64,000 bases of DNA from an uncultured bacterium (lineage in GTDB: Bacteria > Desulfobacterota_D > UBA1144 > Nemesobacterales > UBA2774), in assembly GCA_963825135.1 (NCBI GenBank), contig CAWGRW010000009.1:1248001-1312000 (forward strand), read 5' to 3'. Position numbers and translations under genes: made by a program. This document shows positions 19,656 to 28,555 of this stretch, one piece after another (position 1 is the stretch's first letter; the number at the start of each line of letters is the position of its first letter). Under the pieces are notes generated by a model, which was given only the letters and a program-made list of their open reading frames with translations, did no database searches and was not told the DNA's origin.

Positions 19656-21320
19656 ATGGCAGCGAAGGAAATAAAATTTGATAGGGCGGCACAGGACGCG
19701 ATACTGAAGGGAGTGAACACCTTGGCGAACGCGGTAAAGGCGACGCTGGGGCCGAGGGGCCGGAACGTGTTGATAGAGAAGACATACGGGGCGCCTGTAG
19801 TGACGAAGGACGGAGTCACGGTGGCGAAGGAGATAGAGCTCGAGGACAAGTTCGAGAACATGGGGGCGCAGATGGTGAAGGAAGTGGCGTCCCGAACGAG
19901 CGACGTAGCCGGAGACGGGACAACGACCGCGACGATACTGGCGCAGGCGATATTCCGTGAAGGGATAAAGCTCGTAGCGGCGGGGCACGACCCGATGAAG
20001 TTAAAGAGGGGCATAGACAAGGCGGTGGAAGTGGTTGTGGAGAGCATAAAGAAGCAGAGTAAGCAGGTAAAGGGCCGCACGGAGATAGCGCAGGTGGCTA
20101 CGATATCCGCGAACGGAGACTCGACGATAGGGAACATCATAGCGGACGCTATGGAGAAGGTAGGGAAGGACGGAGTAATAACGGTGGAAGAGGGGAAGAG
20201 CTTGGAGACGGAGCTCGACGTGGTGGAGGGTATGCAGTTTGACAGGGGGTACCTGAGCCCGTACTTCATAACGGACCCGGAGAAGATGCATATAGAGCTC
20301 GAAGACCCGGTAATACTAATGTTTGACAAGAAGATATCGAATATGAAGGACATGGTGCCGTTGCTCGAAGAGGTGGCAAGGAGCACGAAGCCGCTGCTGG
20401 TAATGGCGGAGGATATAGAGGGGGAGGCGCTGGCCACGCTGGTGGTGAATAAGCTGAGGGGGACGCTAAAGGCGGCAGCCGTAAAGGCGCCTGGGTTCGG
20501 GGACAGGCGTAAGTCGATGCTGGAAGACATAGCGGTGCTGACGGGGGGCAAGGTAGTGGCCGAGGAAGCGGGTATGAAGCTCGAGAACACGAAGCTCCAG
20601 GACCTTGGAAGGGCAAAGAAGATAATAATAGACAAGGACAATACGACGATAATAGGCGGAGCGGGGAAGAAGGGGGAGATAGAGGGGAGGATAAGACAGA
20701 TAAAGGCGCAGGTGGACGAGGCTAGCGGGGAGTACGACAGGGAGAAGCTCCAGGAAAGGCTTGCCAAGCTCGCCGGGGGAGTCGCGGTGATACGCGTAGG
20801 GGCAGCGACCGAGGCCGAGATGAAGGAGAAGAAGGCCAGAGTGGAGGACGCTCTTAACGCCACGAGGGCAGCGGTAGAAGAGGGAATAGTGCCCGGGGGC
20901 GGAGTTGCGCTGATAAGGGCTATAAAGTCGGTGGACGGGTTCCATGGGGCTGACGACGAGGAGAAGGCCGGAGTGAGCATAGTGAGGAGAACGCTCGAGG
21001 AGCCTTTGAGAGGGATAGCGACGAACGCCGGATGGGACGGATCTATAGTGGTGGGGAAGGTGAGCGAGGAGAAGGGGTCAAACGGGTTTGACGCAGCCAA
21101 GCTCGAGTACTGCGATATGATAGAGGCGGGAATAGTGGACCCTGCGAAGGTAACGAGGACCGCGATGCAGAATGCGGCCAGCGTAGCGGGGCTGCTCCTA
21201 ACGACGGAGGCTCTGATAGCCGAGAAGCCGCAGTCCAGGGAAGATGCGGGCGGAGGCGGTGGAGGCGGTATGGGCGGCGGTATGGGCGGCATGCACCCCG
21301 GAATGGGCGGTATGATGTAA
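19656..21320 (+). CDS. groEL: Chaperonin GroEL
   Basis: [34 protein letters not shown] and GGM tail. Confidence 0.99.
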   Translation: MAAKEIKFDRAAQDAILKGVNTLANAVKATLGPRGRNVLIEKTYGAPVVTKDGVTVAKEIELEDKFENMGAQMVKEVASRTSDVAGDGTTTATILAQAIFREGIKLVAAGHDPMKLKRGIDKAVEVVVESIKKQSKQVKGRTEIAQVATISANGDSTIGNIIADAMEKVGKDGVITVEEGKSLETELDVVEGMQFDRGYLSPYFITDPEKMHIELEDPVILMFDKKISNMKDMVPLLEEVARSTKPLLVMAEDIEGEALATLVVNKLRGTLKAAAVKAPGFGDRRKSMLEDIAVLTGGKVVAEEAGMKLENTKLQDLGRAKKIIIDKDNTTIIGGAGKKGEIEGRIRQIKAQVDEASGEYDREKLQERLAKLAGGVAVIRVGAATEAEMKEKKARVEDALNATRAAVEEGIVPGGGVALIRAIKSVDGFHGADDEEKAGVSIVRRTLEEPLRGIATNAGWDGSIVVGKVSEEKGSNGFDAAKLEYCDMIEAGIVDPAKVTRTAMQNAASVAGLLLTTEALIAEKPQSREDAGGGGGGGMGGGMGGMHPGMGGMM

Positions 21321-21352
21321 TTTAAAACGGAATAAAAACTTATAAAACTCAC

Positions 21353-21390
21353 AGGCGGACTGCCCCTCAAAGGACAGCCCGCCTTTTTTT
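21353..21390 (+). terminator. Intrinsic terminator after groEL
   Basis: AGGCGGACTGCCC / GGACAGCCCGCCT imperfect stem followed by a T-tract. Confidence 0.8.
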
Positions 21391-21454
21391 GTATATTGGG
21401 CGTGCCCGCCCTCAATTTATAACGCCCGCAAAGTGTGTTATCTTTTCCTCAAGC

Positions 21455-22627
21455 GTGCTGAACTTCCACCTTGTAAAATCACAAATAGATTCGATGATTA
21501 GGGAGCGGAAAGACTTCGCCTCCGAGCTTTCGGATAAGATAACTCTCGCTAAAGAGGAGTTGAGACTTAAATCGCAGGGATGGGAGGAGCTCTCCCGGAA
21601 GGTCGAAGAGAGCAGGACGTCCTGGCTCGTAGCCGGAATTTCCTCGCCGCTCGACTCCGCGAGCCCCCTTCCCGAGCGCCCCCGTAACTACACGGCCTTA
21701 TCTTCGGACGGCTCTCAGATATTCCCCGACAGGCACGAAGCGCTCCCCTGTTACCTGATCAATATCAGCTCGATATCCCTCACCTACGGGGATAATTCCC
21801 GGGCCAGGCTCGACTCGGACCCGTTACTCTTCTATAAGGACGAGGATAGGTTCACGACATGGGGAGGAAAAAAGATACCGGCAGACAGCGACGTTATATC
21901 GCTCAAGAGAACGTTGATGGAGTTCGAGAGGATTCTCGATCTCGTTAAGCGTGAACGAGAGGAGGGAGACACAATCGCCCTTTCGGACGGGACGCTTATT
22001 CTCTGGAGACTTGAGGCGGCTCCGCCCGACTTCAGAAACGGCATAATGGCCCCGTTCCTCCGCATATTGGAAGAATTCAGGAGTCTCCGTGTGCCCGTCG
22101 CGGGATACATAAGCTATCCCGGCAGCACGGACGTGATAAACGCCCTCCGGGTGGGCCTATGTCCCGAAAAGGTGAGCTTCTGCAATCAGTGCCCCTATAC
22201 CGACCTCCCGAAGCTCCCCTGTTCACCGATCGAAGGGCTGACGGACAGGTTCCTTTTCTCGACCGTGCTCGACACAGGCGAGGCTTCAGCCGTTTTCAAA
22301 AGCTCGTCGAAGATACTTGAGATGTACGGCGATCATCATATTTATTTCTTCTACATCAACATCGGCGAAGAGATAGCCAGGGTCGAGGTTCCGAAGTGGG
22401 TGGCGGAGGACGGCAAAATGCTCTCTCTCGTTCACACCCTGATATTCGATCAGGCAAAAAAAGGGAAGGGGTATCCGGTGGCGATTGCAGAGGCTCACGA
22501 GCAGGCGGTTGTGAAGGCGAAAGACAGGGACTTCTTCTTCTCGCTGATAAGGGAGGCGATGGTCAGATCCGATTTCGCAGTTACAGTGTCGAGGAAAGGA
22601 TTATCCAAGAGGATGCCGGGCGTATGA
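21455..22627 (+). CDS. nurA: NurA-family nuclease
   Basis: SDGSQIFPDRH, DGTLILW, ARVEVPKW and GYPVAIAEAHEQAVV motifs; probable GTG start at 21455. Confidence 0.85.
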   Translation: MLNFHLVKSQIDSMIRERKDFASELSDKITLAKEELRLKSQGWEELSRKVEESRTSWLVAGISSPLDSASPLPERPRNYTALSSDGSQIFPDRHEALPCYLINISSISLTYGDNSRARLDSDPLLFYKDEDRFTTWGGKKIPADSDVISLKRTLMEFERILDLVKREREEGDTIALSDGTLILWRLEAAPPDFRNGIMAPFLRILEEFRSLRVPVAGYISYPGSTDVINALRVGLCPEKVSFCNQCPYTDLPKLPCSPIEGLTDRFLFSTVLDTGEASAVFKSSSKILEMYGDHHIYFFYINIGEEIARVEVPKWVAEDGKMLSLVHTLIFDQAKKGKGYPVAIAEAHEQAVVKAKDRDFFFSLIREAMVRSDFAVTVSRKGLSKRMPGV

Positions 22628-23193
22628 GTGAATATATTGGCGAGGTTGTGGAATCGGGCACGAAGGGCTATGTCGCACGCTCCCCCAGGATGGGAGAAGC
22701 CCCCCCCTTCGGGAGCTTCGTCAGGACCGATGCCGGCTGTCCGGTTTACGGGCTAGTCTATGAGATAATCACCGGAAGCAGGGAGCCCGGGAGAAAGCCC
22801 GACGCCTACGACATGAGCATAGAAGAGTTGAGGAGGGAGCAGCCCCAGATTTTCGAGCTCCTGAAGACCGAGTTCCATGTACTCACGCTAGGCTATCTGG
22901 AAGCCGGGAAAATAAGGTTTGCGCTCTCGCCGCTCCCACCGCCGATACATTCCTTCGTCTTTGAGTGCACGGACGAGGAGAAAGAGGCGCTGAGCTCGGA
23001 GGATTTTTTCTTGAGGGCTATTATCTCCGCTCCGAACGTGCCTGCCGACGACCTCATCATATCTTCGCTTTTGAGCGCGCAGGAGGTCAGGAAAAACGAT
23101 AAGGACTTCATGGTCAGGATGGGAAAGAGCCTGTCGAGGTTCCTGAAGGACGATTACGAAAGGCTTGCCTCTATTCTGAGGCGCTTGTTATAG
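22624..23193 (+). CDS. HAS-barrel domain protein (NurA/HerA-associated)
   Basis: MSEYIGEVVES...PPFGSFV...REQPQIFELLKTEF...PPPIHSFV; ATGA overlap with the nurA stop. Confidence 0.75.
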   Translation: MSEYIGEVVESGTKGYVARSPRMGEAPPFGSFVRTDAGCPVYGLVYEIITGSREPGRKPDAYDMSIEELRREQPQIFELLKTEFHVLTLGYLEAGKIRFALSPLPPPIHSFVFECTDEEKEALSSEDFFLRAIISAPNVPADDLIISSLLSAQEVRKNDKDFMVRMGKSLSRFLKDDYERLASILRRLL

Positions 23194-23203
23194 ACTCGTA
23201 CCG

Positions 23204-23893
23204 TCAATCAAATATTTTTATCACGCTTTCATAATCCCCGAGGTGCTCGAACAGGTAATCCGGTCGGTGTTCTTCAAGCTCTGTTAACGAATGCCTCCCT
23301 GTGGCGACCGCTACCGTTACCGCCCCCGCCGCCCGCCCGTGGACGATATCGTGGGGGGTGTCGCCTATTACGTATATCTTCTCGAAGCCCCGCGAATCCC
23401 CCAAGTGAGTTTTTGCGCGCTCTATGGCGACCCTGACGAGCGCCTCCCTGCTGGCCGCATCGGAGCCGAAGCCCCCGACGCGGAAATGGGCGTCGAGCCC
23501 TGATCTCCTCAATTTAATGTGCGCGCCGCGCTCGATGTTCCCGGTCGCGATTCCGAGTATCATATCTCTTCTCGACGAAAGTTTCCCTAGCAGGTGAGGA
23601 ATTCCCGGCATTATCTCGATCCGGCATTTTTCGACCTCTTCCTCGAGGAAAATGACGTATTCCCTGTATAATTCCTCGGCTTCGTCCTCCGTGAAATCCC
23701 TCGAGAGCCTGTTCCCGAACATCTCCCTCAGTATCAGCGGGTCTGTCTTGCCCGCCGCGTCTATGCCCCCCATGGCGTCTCCGAGGCCGTGAATCTTCTC
23801 GAAGGCGCGGTTAGCGGCCCTCGTCCCGGCGCCGCCCGTGAGGAGTATCGTGCCGTCTATGTCGAAAAGCAGCAGCTTCATGGGCCGGCTCAT
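23204..23893 (-). CDS. HAD-superfamily hydrolase
   Basis: LLFDIDGTIL, ATGN and IGDTPHD motifs. Confidence 0.9.
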   Translation of the reverse strand: MSRPMKLLLFDIDGTILLTGGAGTRAANRAFEKIHGLGDAMGGIDAAGKTDPLILREMFGNRLSRDFTEDEAEELYREYVIFLEEEVEKCRIEIMPGIPHLLGKLSSRRDMILGIATGNIERGAHIKLRRSGLDAHFRVGGFGSDAASREALVRVAIERAKTHLGDSRGFEKIYVIGDTPHDIVHGRAAGAVTVAVATGRHSLTELEEHRPDYLFEHLGDYESVIKIFD

Positions 23894-24892
23894 TCATACC
23901 TTCTCTACGGCTGTCTTATAGAAATCGAGCTCGAGGGCCCAGAGCTCCTCTGCCCTCGCCGATGCGTCGCGCAGGAGCCCCTCGTCGGGATGCTCCTTTT
24001 CGCTTATAGCCTTGAGCAGTGCCCCCATGTCGCTCCATTTGTCCCCGATGACGTCCATCCGCGCGGAGAGACCGAGACTGCCGAGCCCGGGGACGATGCC
24101 CTCTGCCTCTTTTAGGAAGTCCCTGTAAATCCACCTGAATCCCGCTCCCGCAACCCCCCTTTTCTTTATCACCTGGTACCCGAATCGCGCGCACCACTTC
24201 CAGTCGGGGGCGTTCTTCCAGTCAGGGAGGTCGAGCGACCACTCCCTGATCTTGCCCACACCCGACTCCCCCCTCACGCCACTTACCCCCTCCAGCATCT
24301 TCGAGGCATTAAGACGTATCGCCGCCGGAATGATCTCGGCAAGCGGCTTTACGTTTTGGCCCGGGTCTATATCCATGTAGTTGTAGTCAAGCGGGTTGGC
24401 GGGGTCTTTAGAGCCCATCCCCGCGAGGAAGTCTGCGTAGGGCACGGAATGGAGACCCTCGAACTGGGTATCGGCGACGTACATCACCCCGGTTTCGTCG
24501 TCATAACCCCATACGGACACTATGTGCCCGGGGAAATGGGTGGAGGAGTTGTAGTAAGCGAGATTATAGATGTCCGTTTGTATTATTACGGGCACGTTTT
24601 TATCGAGCGCCCTCTTCACTGTTTCGAGAGTGTCTTTCTTCGCGTGCTTCCAGTAGGCAGGCCCCACGGCGAGGCTGAAGAATGAAGGCTCCATTTCAGG
24701 CCCCCTTACGAAGATCATCCGGGTCGGGCTTATATCGTCGTTAACCGAATAATAAAATCCGAGCCCCCCGCCGATGCCGAAGCACATGGCTTCTGACCAC
24801 GGGTATCCGAAGTACGTCATCACGTCCCTTAAAGTCACCGAGCCGCAGTGTGTTCCCGGTATATGGACCCAATTCTCTATAACCTTTTTCAC
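23894..24892 (-). CDS. BtrH N-terminal domain / DUF4872-like papain-fold peptidase
   Basis: PGTHCGS (Cys), SEAMCFGIGGGLGF, HFPGHIVSVWGYD (His) and GAGFRWIYRDFL. Confidence 0.75.
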   Translation of the reverse strand: MKKVIENWVHIPGTHCGSVTLRDVMTYFGYPWSEAMCFGIGGGLGFYYSVNDDISPTRMIFVRGPEMEPSFFSLAVGPAYWKHAKKDTLETVKRALDKNVPVIIQTDIYNLAYYNSSTHFPGHIVSVWGYDDETGVMYVADTQFEGLHSVPYADFLAGMGSKDPANPLDYNYMDIDPGQNVKPLAEIIPAAIRLNASKMLEGVSGVRGESGVGKIREWSLDLPDWKNAPDWKWCARFGYQVIKKRGVAGAGFRWIYRDFLKEAEGIVPGLGSLGLSARMDVIGDKWSDMGALLKAISEKEHPDEGLLRDASARAEELWALELDFYKTAVEKV

Positions 24893-25164
24893 GGCGATAT
24901 TAAACTACCATAAGTTATGACTCAATTCCCTCAACGCGCTCAATTAATATGGGGCCCCCGAAGTATCCGGGAATGTAACATCACAAGCGACGGGAATGAC
25001 GTTATCTCTATTGTGAGCGTTGCGCGGCAAGGTGGTTCCCGCCAAAAGCCCTAATACGAAAGTATTAACAGCGGGTGGGCATATAAAAAAAGGATTACTT
25101 AAAATCAGTACTATCGTCCCCTGTTTTATCGTTTTAAATGAGTTTATATTAAATTATAGGTTCC

Positions 25165-25320
25165 GGGTGATGGGTAGGTAATTTGGATTATTACTAATTT
25201 CCTGTAGCATGGAGAAGAGTCCGCGGATTCTTCGTTTTTTTAGTAACCTTACCCCAGCCATCATCCTCCATAGGGTGAGCCGGTGAAATCTGATTTCGCT
25301 GGCTTACCCTTGTTTTTTTT
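25165..25320 (+). ncRNA. Putative structured small RNA with its own terminator
   Basis: Nested stems 25165-73/25258-66, 25177-81/25249-53, 25191-97/25240-46 and 25214-21/25226-33, then a long hairpin 25272-25310 and a T8 tract; no + strand CDS upstream. Confidence 0.5.
25272..25320 (+). terminator. Intrinsic terminator
   Basis: AGGGTGAGCCGGTGAAATC-T-GATTTCGCTGGCTTACCCT then TGTTTTTTTT; three G-U pairs form only on the + strand. Confidence 0.75.
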
Positions 25321-25517
25321 CAGCCCATCCGATCCTTTCCCGGTCCCCTCACGATACCCGCGGCACATGAAAGGGGCAGGCCTATGGGTTGCCCTTATGA
25401 CCGAAAAAACGGTTCCGGGCCGGCATATCATCCCGGATTGAATGTGCAGCAGGGTCTGTTTGTGAGATGCGAATCGGCTTTGGCGGCGTGCGCCCCGGAC
25501 GACTTAAGCCGGCAAGT

Positions 25518-25554
25518 GAAAATAAAGCGGCCCCGTGTCGGGAGGGCCGCTTTT
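25518..25554 (-). terminator. Intrinsic (probably bidirectional) terminator after Hsp20
   Basis: AAAGCGGCCC / GGGCCGCTTT inverted repeat with A/T tracts, just past the Hsp20 stop. Confidence 0.75.
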
Positions 25555-25559
25555 CAGTT

Positions 25560-26006
25560 TCAGTTGATCTCTACCTTAATCTCTTTGGGCTTTGCTTCCT
25601 CTTTCTTGGGAAGAGTGATCTCCAGCACGCCGTCCTTGTAGCCGGCTTTGATGTTGTCGCTATCCACCTTGTTCGACAGTGCGAACGTCCTCGTAAAGCT
25701 TCCGTAGCTGCGTTCGATTCTCATATAATTTTCTTTCTCGGTTTTTTCCTCGAACTTCTTCTCGCCTTTGAGCGTGAGGGCGCCGTTGTTGACATCGATC
25801 TTGATGTCCTCTTTGTTTACGCCCGGAAGCTCCGCTTTCAGAACGTAGCTGTTCTCTGTCTCATAAACATCGACACTCGGATGCAAGTTCCCGTTCGTCG
25901 AGGCCGTCACCGGTGAATTGCGGTTCGCGGTCTCGTCGAACCACTTGTCGAAATCCCCGTAAAAGGGTCTAAAGCTCCTGAATGGCTCCCAAACTTTTAT
26001 TCTCAT
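25560..26006 (-). CDS. Hsp20/alpha-crystallin small heat shock protein
   Basis: PSVDVYET, AELPGV, ERSYGSFTRTF and AGYKDGVLEITLPK motifs; C-terminal IKV. Confidence 0.95.
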   Translation of the reverse strand: MRIKVWEPFRSFRPFYGDFDKWFDETANRNSPVTASTNGNLHPSVDVYETENSYVLKAELPGVNKEDIKIDVNNGALTLKGEKKFEEKTEKENYMRIERSYGSFTRTFALSNKVDSDNIKAGYKDGVLEITLPKKEEAKPKEIKVEIN

Positions 26007-26143
26007 TTTAATGCCTCCGTTAGAATTGGTTTTAAATTCCTACTCAGAACATATGCACGGTTTTCCGGTAGTCAAGTACGTTTTATTCTGAAAATAGGGA
26101 AATACGGTTAAGATTATGGCCGCATGCCCCTGGAGGAAAAACG

Positions 26144-26650
26144 ACGCTGACGGCCGAAAGAATTATTAAGCTTTATAATATGAAACCGCTCCCCGGGGAG
26201 GGGGGCTATTACGTCGAGACCTACAGGTCCGCGGAGAGCCTGAACAGATCGTCTCTTCCGGAACGTTACGGCTCCGATAGGCCCTGCGCTACCGCGATTT
26301 TCTATCTCCTTACCCCGGACGCCAAGTCGAGGATACATCGGCTTAAAAGCGACGAGATCTACCATTTTTATATGGGCGACCCCGTCCAATTGACGCTTAT
26401 ACACCCGAGCGGCGCTATCAAGGACCTTTTCCTGGGTCACGACTTACGGGCGGGTCAGTTCGTTCAGGCGGTAGTGCCTGCGGGCATATGGCAGGGCGCC
26501 TGTTTGCTTGAGGGAGGTCGGTTCGCGCTCATGGGGGTCACTGTCGCCCCCGGGTTCGATTTCTCGGATAGCGAGCTTGGGATCGGTCAGGAACTCATAG
26601 AACAATACCCTCAGCACAAGGACATAATAACGAGACTTACAGGAGACTAG
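26144..26650 (+). CDS. Cupin domain protein (DUF985/Cupin_5 type), apparent non-canonical start
   Basis: PGEGGYYVETYRS, TAIFYLL, HRLKSDEIYHFYMGDP and VAPGFDFSD. The first ATG is at 26180, but GGAGG at 26132-36 precedes in-frame ACG-CTG-ACG-GCC-GAA (xLTAERII). Confidence 0.85.
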   Translation, partial: TLTAERIIKLYNMKPLPGEGGYYVETYRSAESLNRSSLPERYGSDRPCATAIFYLLTPDAKSRIHRLKSDEIYHFYMGDPVQLTLIHPSGAIKDLFLGHDLRAGQFVQAVVPAGIWQGACLLEGGRFALMGVTVAPGFDFSDSELGIGQELIEQYPQHKDIITRLTGD

Positions 26651-27666
26651 AGCTTGACCTCTATGTACGCCTCCTCCTTAATCTTGTCGAGCCACTCTTT
26701 TAGCTGTGCCTCCGCTTTCTGCCTGTAGAGGGTTTCCGTGATTTCCTTCCTGGTCGCTTCGTCTATTGCGGGCACCTTGTCGGATTTCTCGTCGGGCTTG
26801 GACTCCTCCCCGGCGCTCTCGGGCTTGGTCCTTTCCAGAACCTTGATGATGTGGTATCCGGCGGGCGATTCCACCGGGCCCGATACCTCGCCTACGGGGG
26901 TGTTGTCGACCGTTACTTCCAGGGCTTCGATAAGGTCACCCCTCTTGAAATAACCGAGGTCTCCGCCTTTGTCCGCCGACAGGTTGTCGTCCGAATATTG
27001 TTTGGCAAGCTCGCCGAAGTCTTTCCCCGATTTCGCGAGCTCTGCAACCTCCTCGGCTCTCTTTTCCGCGCCCGGCGAATCCGCCGAGATCAGGATATGC
27101 GCGATCCTTACCTGCTCCGCCGGCGTCTCCGCGCTGACCGTGCTGCTCGTTGTGTCGCCGGTCGCTGCGCTCCCGCCGTAGTTCTCTTTGTAATATTTTA
27201 TTACTTCGTCGTCGGTGACCACTATTTTGTTTTTGAGCTGTGATTCGAGCAGTTTGTTGCCGAGCGTCTGGAGCCTCCACTGTTCCCTGAACGATTCCGG
27301 GGTGAGGTTCTGTTTTTTGAGCACCTCCGTCATCTGCTCGCCGTTGAGGTTATATTTCTGTTTAACCTGCTCGATGCTGGCGTCGAGCTCAGCCTCCGAA
27401 ACCTTTATTCCGTGTTTTTCCGCTTCCTGCTCGAATAGCTTCTGCTCGATTAACTGCTGGAGTACCGCATTTTCGTCGATCGGCGCTGTCGATGTGGGGT
27501 TGATGCTAAGCGCCATCTCCCTCAGCTCCGAAAGTGTTATCACGTCGTCGTTTACTATCGCGACCACCCTGTCGATTGTTTCCCTGGCGTGAGCAGTGCC
27601 GATTAAGACCGTGAGCATTGTTACGGCCGATAAAATTGTCAGGAACATCTTTTTCCGATTATTCAC
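26647..27666 (-). CDS. SurA-like periplasmic chaperone / parvulin PPIase
   Basis: Signal peptide, IDRVVAIVNDDVITLSEL, rotamase motifs HILIS, GGDLGYF and GYHIIKV. Confidence 0.9.
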   Translation of the reverse strand: MNNRKKMFLTILSAVTMLTVLIGTAHARETIDRVVAIVNDDVITLSELREMALSINPTSTAPIDENAVLQQLIEQKLFEQEAEKHGIKVSEAELDASIEQVKQKYNLNGEQMTEVLKKQNLTPESFREQWRLQTLGNKLLESQLKNKIVVTDDEVIKYYKENYGGSAATGDTTSSTVSAETPAEQVRIAHILISADSPGAEKRAEEVAELAKSGKDFGELAKQYSDDNLSADKGGDLGYFKRGDLIEALEVTVDNTPVGEVSGPVESPAGYHIIKVLERTKPESAGEESKPDEKSDKVPAIDEATRKEITETLYRQKAEAQLKEWLDKIKEEAYIEVKL

Positions 27667-28549
27667 TGTGTACGCTCTCCTCTAATCTGTCTCTGTAGAC
27701 CTCAACCCCTATTTCATCCCTCAGGCCGTAAACATATTTTACAAGTTTCTCGTTTATCAAGCGGGATTCTATTTTACGTTTTATCTGACCCTCAGGCGGA
27801 AACTGCGCCCCATCTTCTATTTTAATTATATAGTATCCCCCATCAACTTCCAGCGGATTAGTGATTTCCCCCCTTTGCATCTTAAAAAGGAGTTCGTCGA
27901 TTTCAGCGCCGAATTTCCCCCTCTCTATATATTCCGCCTTCCCCGCCTTTTTGTTGCCGGGAACGCCGTCCGGGAATCGCTTAACCAGTTCCTCCCAGTC
28001 CTCCCCGGCTTTGGCCCTCTCCGAGACCTCTTGCGCTTCGGCCAGGGCCTCTTCCTTCGTTATCCCGTTCTCCGGATCGCTTTTTATGAAAATTTCGCTT
28101 ACGCCGATCTGCTCGTATTCGTTTTTATGCTGCGCGTAATAATCTTCTATTTCGTTATCGCTTACTTTGAGGGTTTTTAGTATCTCCTGGCCGAAAGTCT
28201 GTCCTATGACCTGTTTTCTAAAATTTTCCGTCTTCTCGACGACGTCTTTTCTCCTGTCTATCCCCCTCCTGACGGCTTCCGTGTACAGGATCTTCTGGTT
28301 GATATAGGTGTCCAGCAGCTCGCTCATTTTTTCAGGCGAGGACTGGTACGTCTTTCTTTGATTATAGGGCAGTCTCCCGAGCGCTTTCATCAGGTCGTCC
28401 GTGGTTATCTCGTCCGAGCCGACGACGGCTATAACCTCGGGTCCCGCCCCTTTCCGCCCCCGGCCGTTTGTCCTCGATCCGTAAAAGTCGTTAAAGTCGC
28501 TGCAGCCGGCGAGCAAGGCTATCACCGAAAAAAATATCAGGAATCTCAT
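27659..28549 (-). CDS. Parvulin/PpiC-type foldase lipoprotein
   Basis: Lipobox LAGC, VIAVVGSDEIT and degenerate rotamase domain (ITNPLEVDGGYYIIK); lies between mfd and the surA-like gene. Confidence 0.8.
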   Translation of the reverse strand: MRFLIFFSVIALLAGCSDFNDFYGSRTNGRGRKGAGPEVIAVVGSDEITTDDLMKALGRLPYNQRKTYQSSPEKMSELLDTYINQKILYTEAVRRGIDRRKDVVEKTENFRKQVIGQTFGQEILKTLKVSDNEIEDYYAQHKNEYEQIGVSEIFIKSDPENGITKEEALAEAQEVSERAKAGEDWEELVKRFPDGVPGNKKAGKAEYIERGKFGAEIDELLFKMQRGEITNPLEVDGGYYIIKIEDGAQFPPEGQIKRKIESRLINEKLVKYVYGLRDEIGVEVYRDRLEESVHSE

Positions 28550-28555
28550 GCCCTG

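Noticed and set aside
19637..21415. 592-aa antisense ORF over groEL
   Set aside because: Low-complexity Ser/Pro/Ile product; stops in this frame need pyrimidine-ending sense codons, which groEL largely avoids.
22396..22623. N-terminal extension of the HAS-barrel ORF
   Set aside because: It overlaps nurA; the ATG at 22624 with ATGA coupling is the sensible start.
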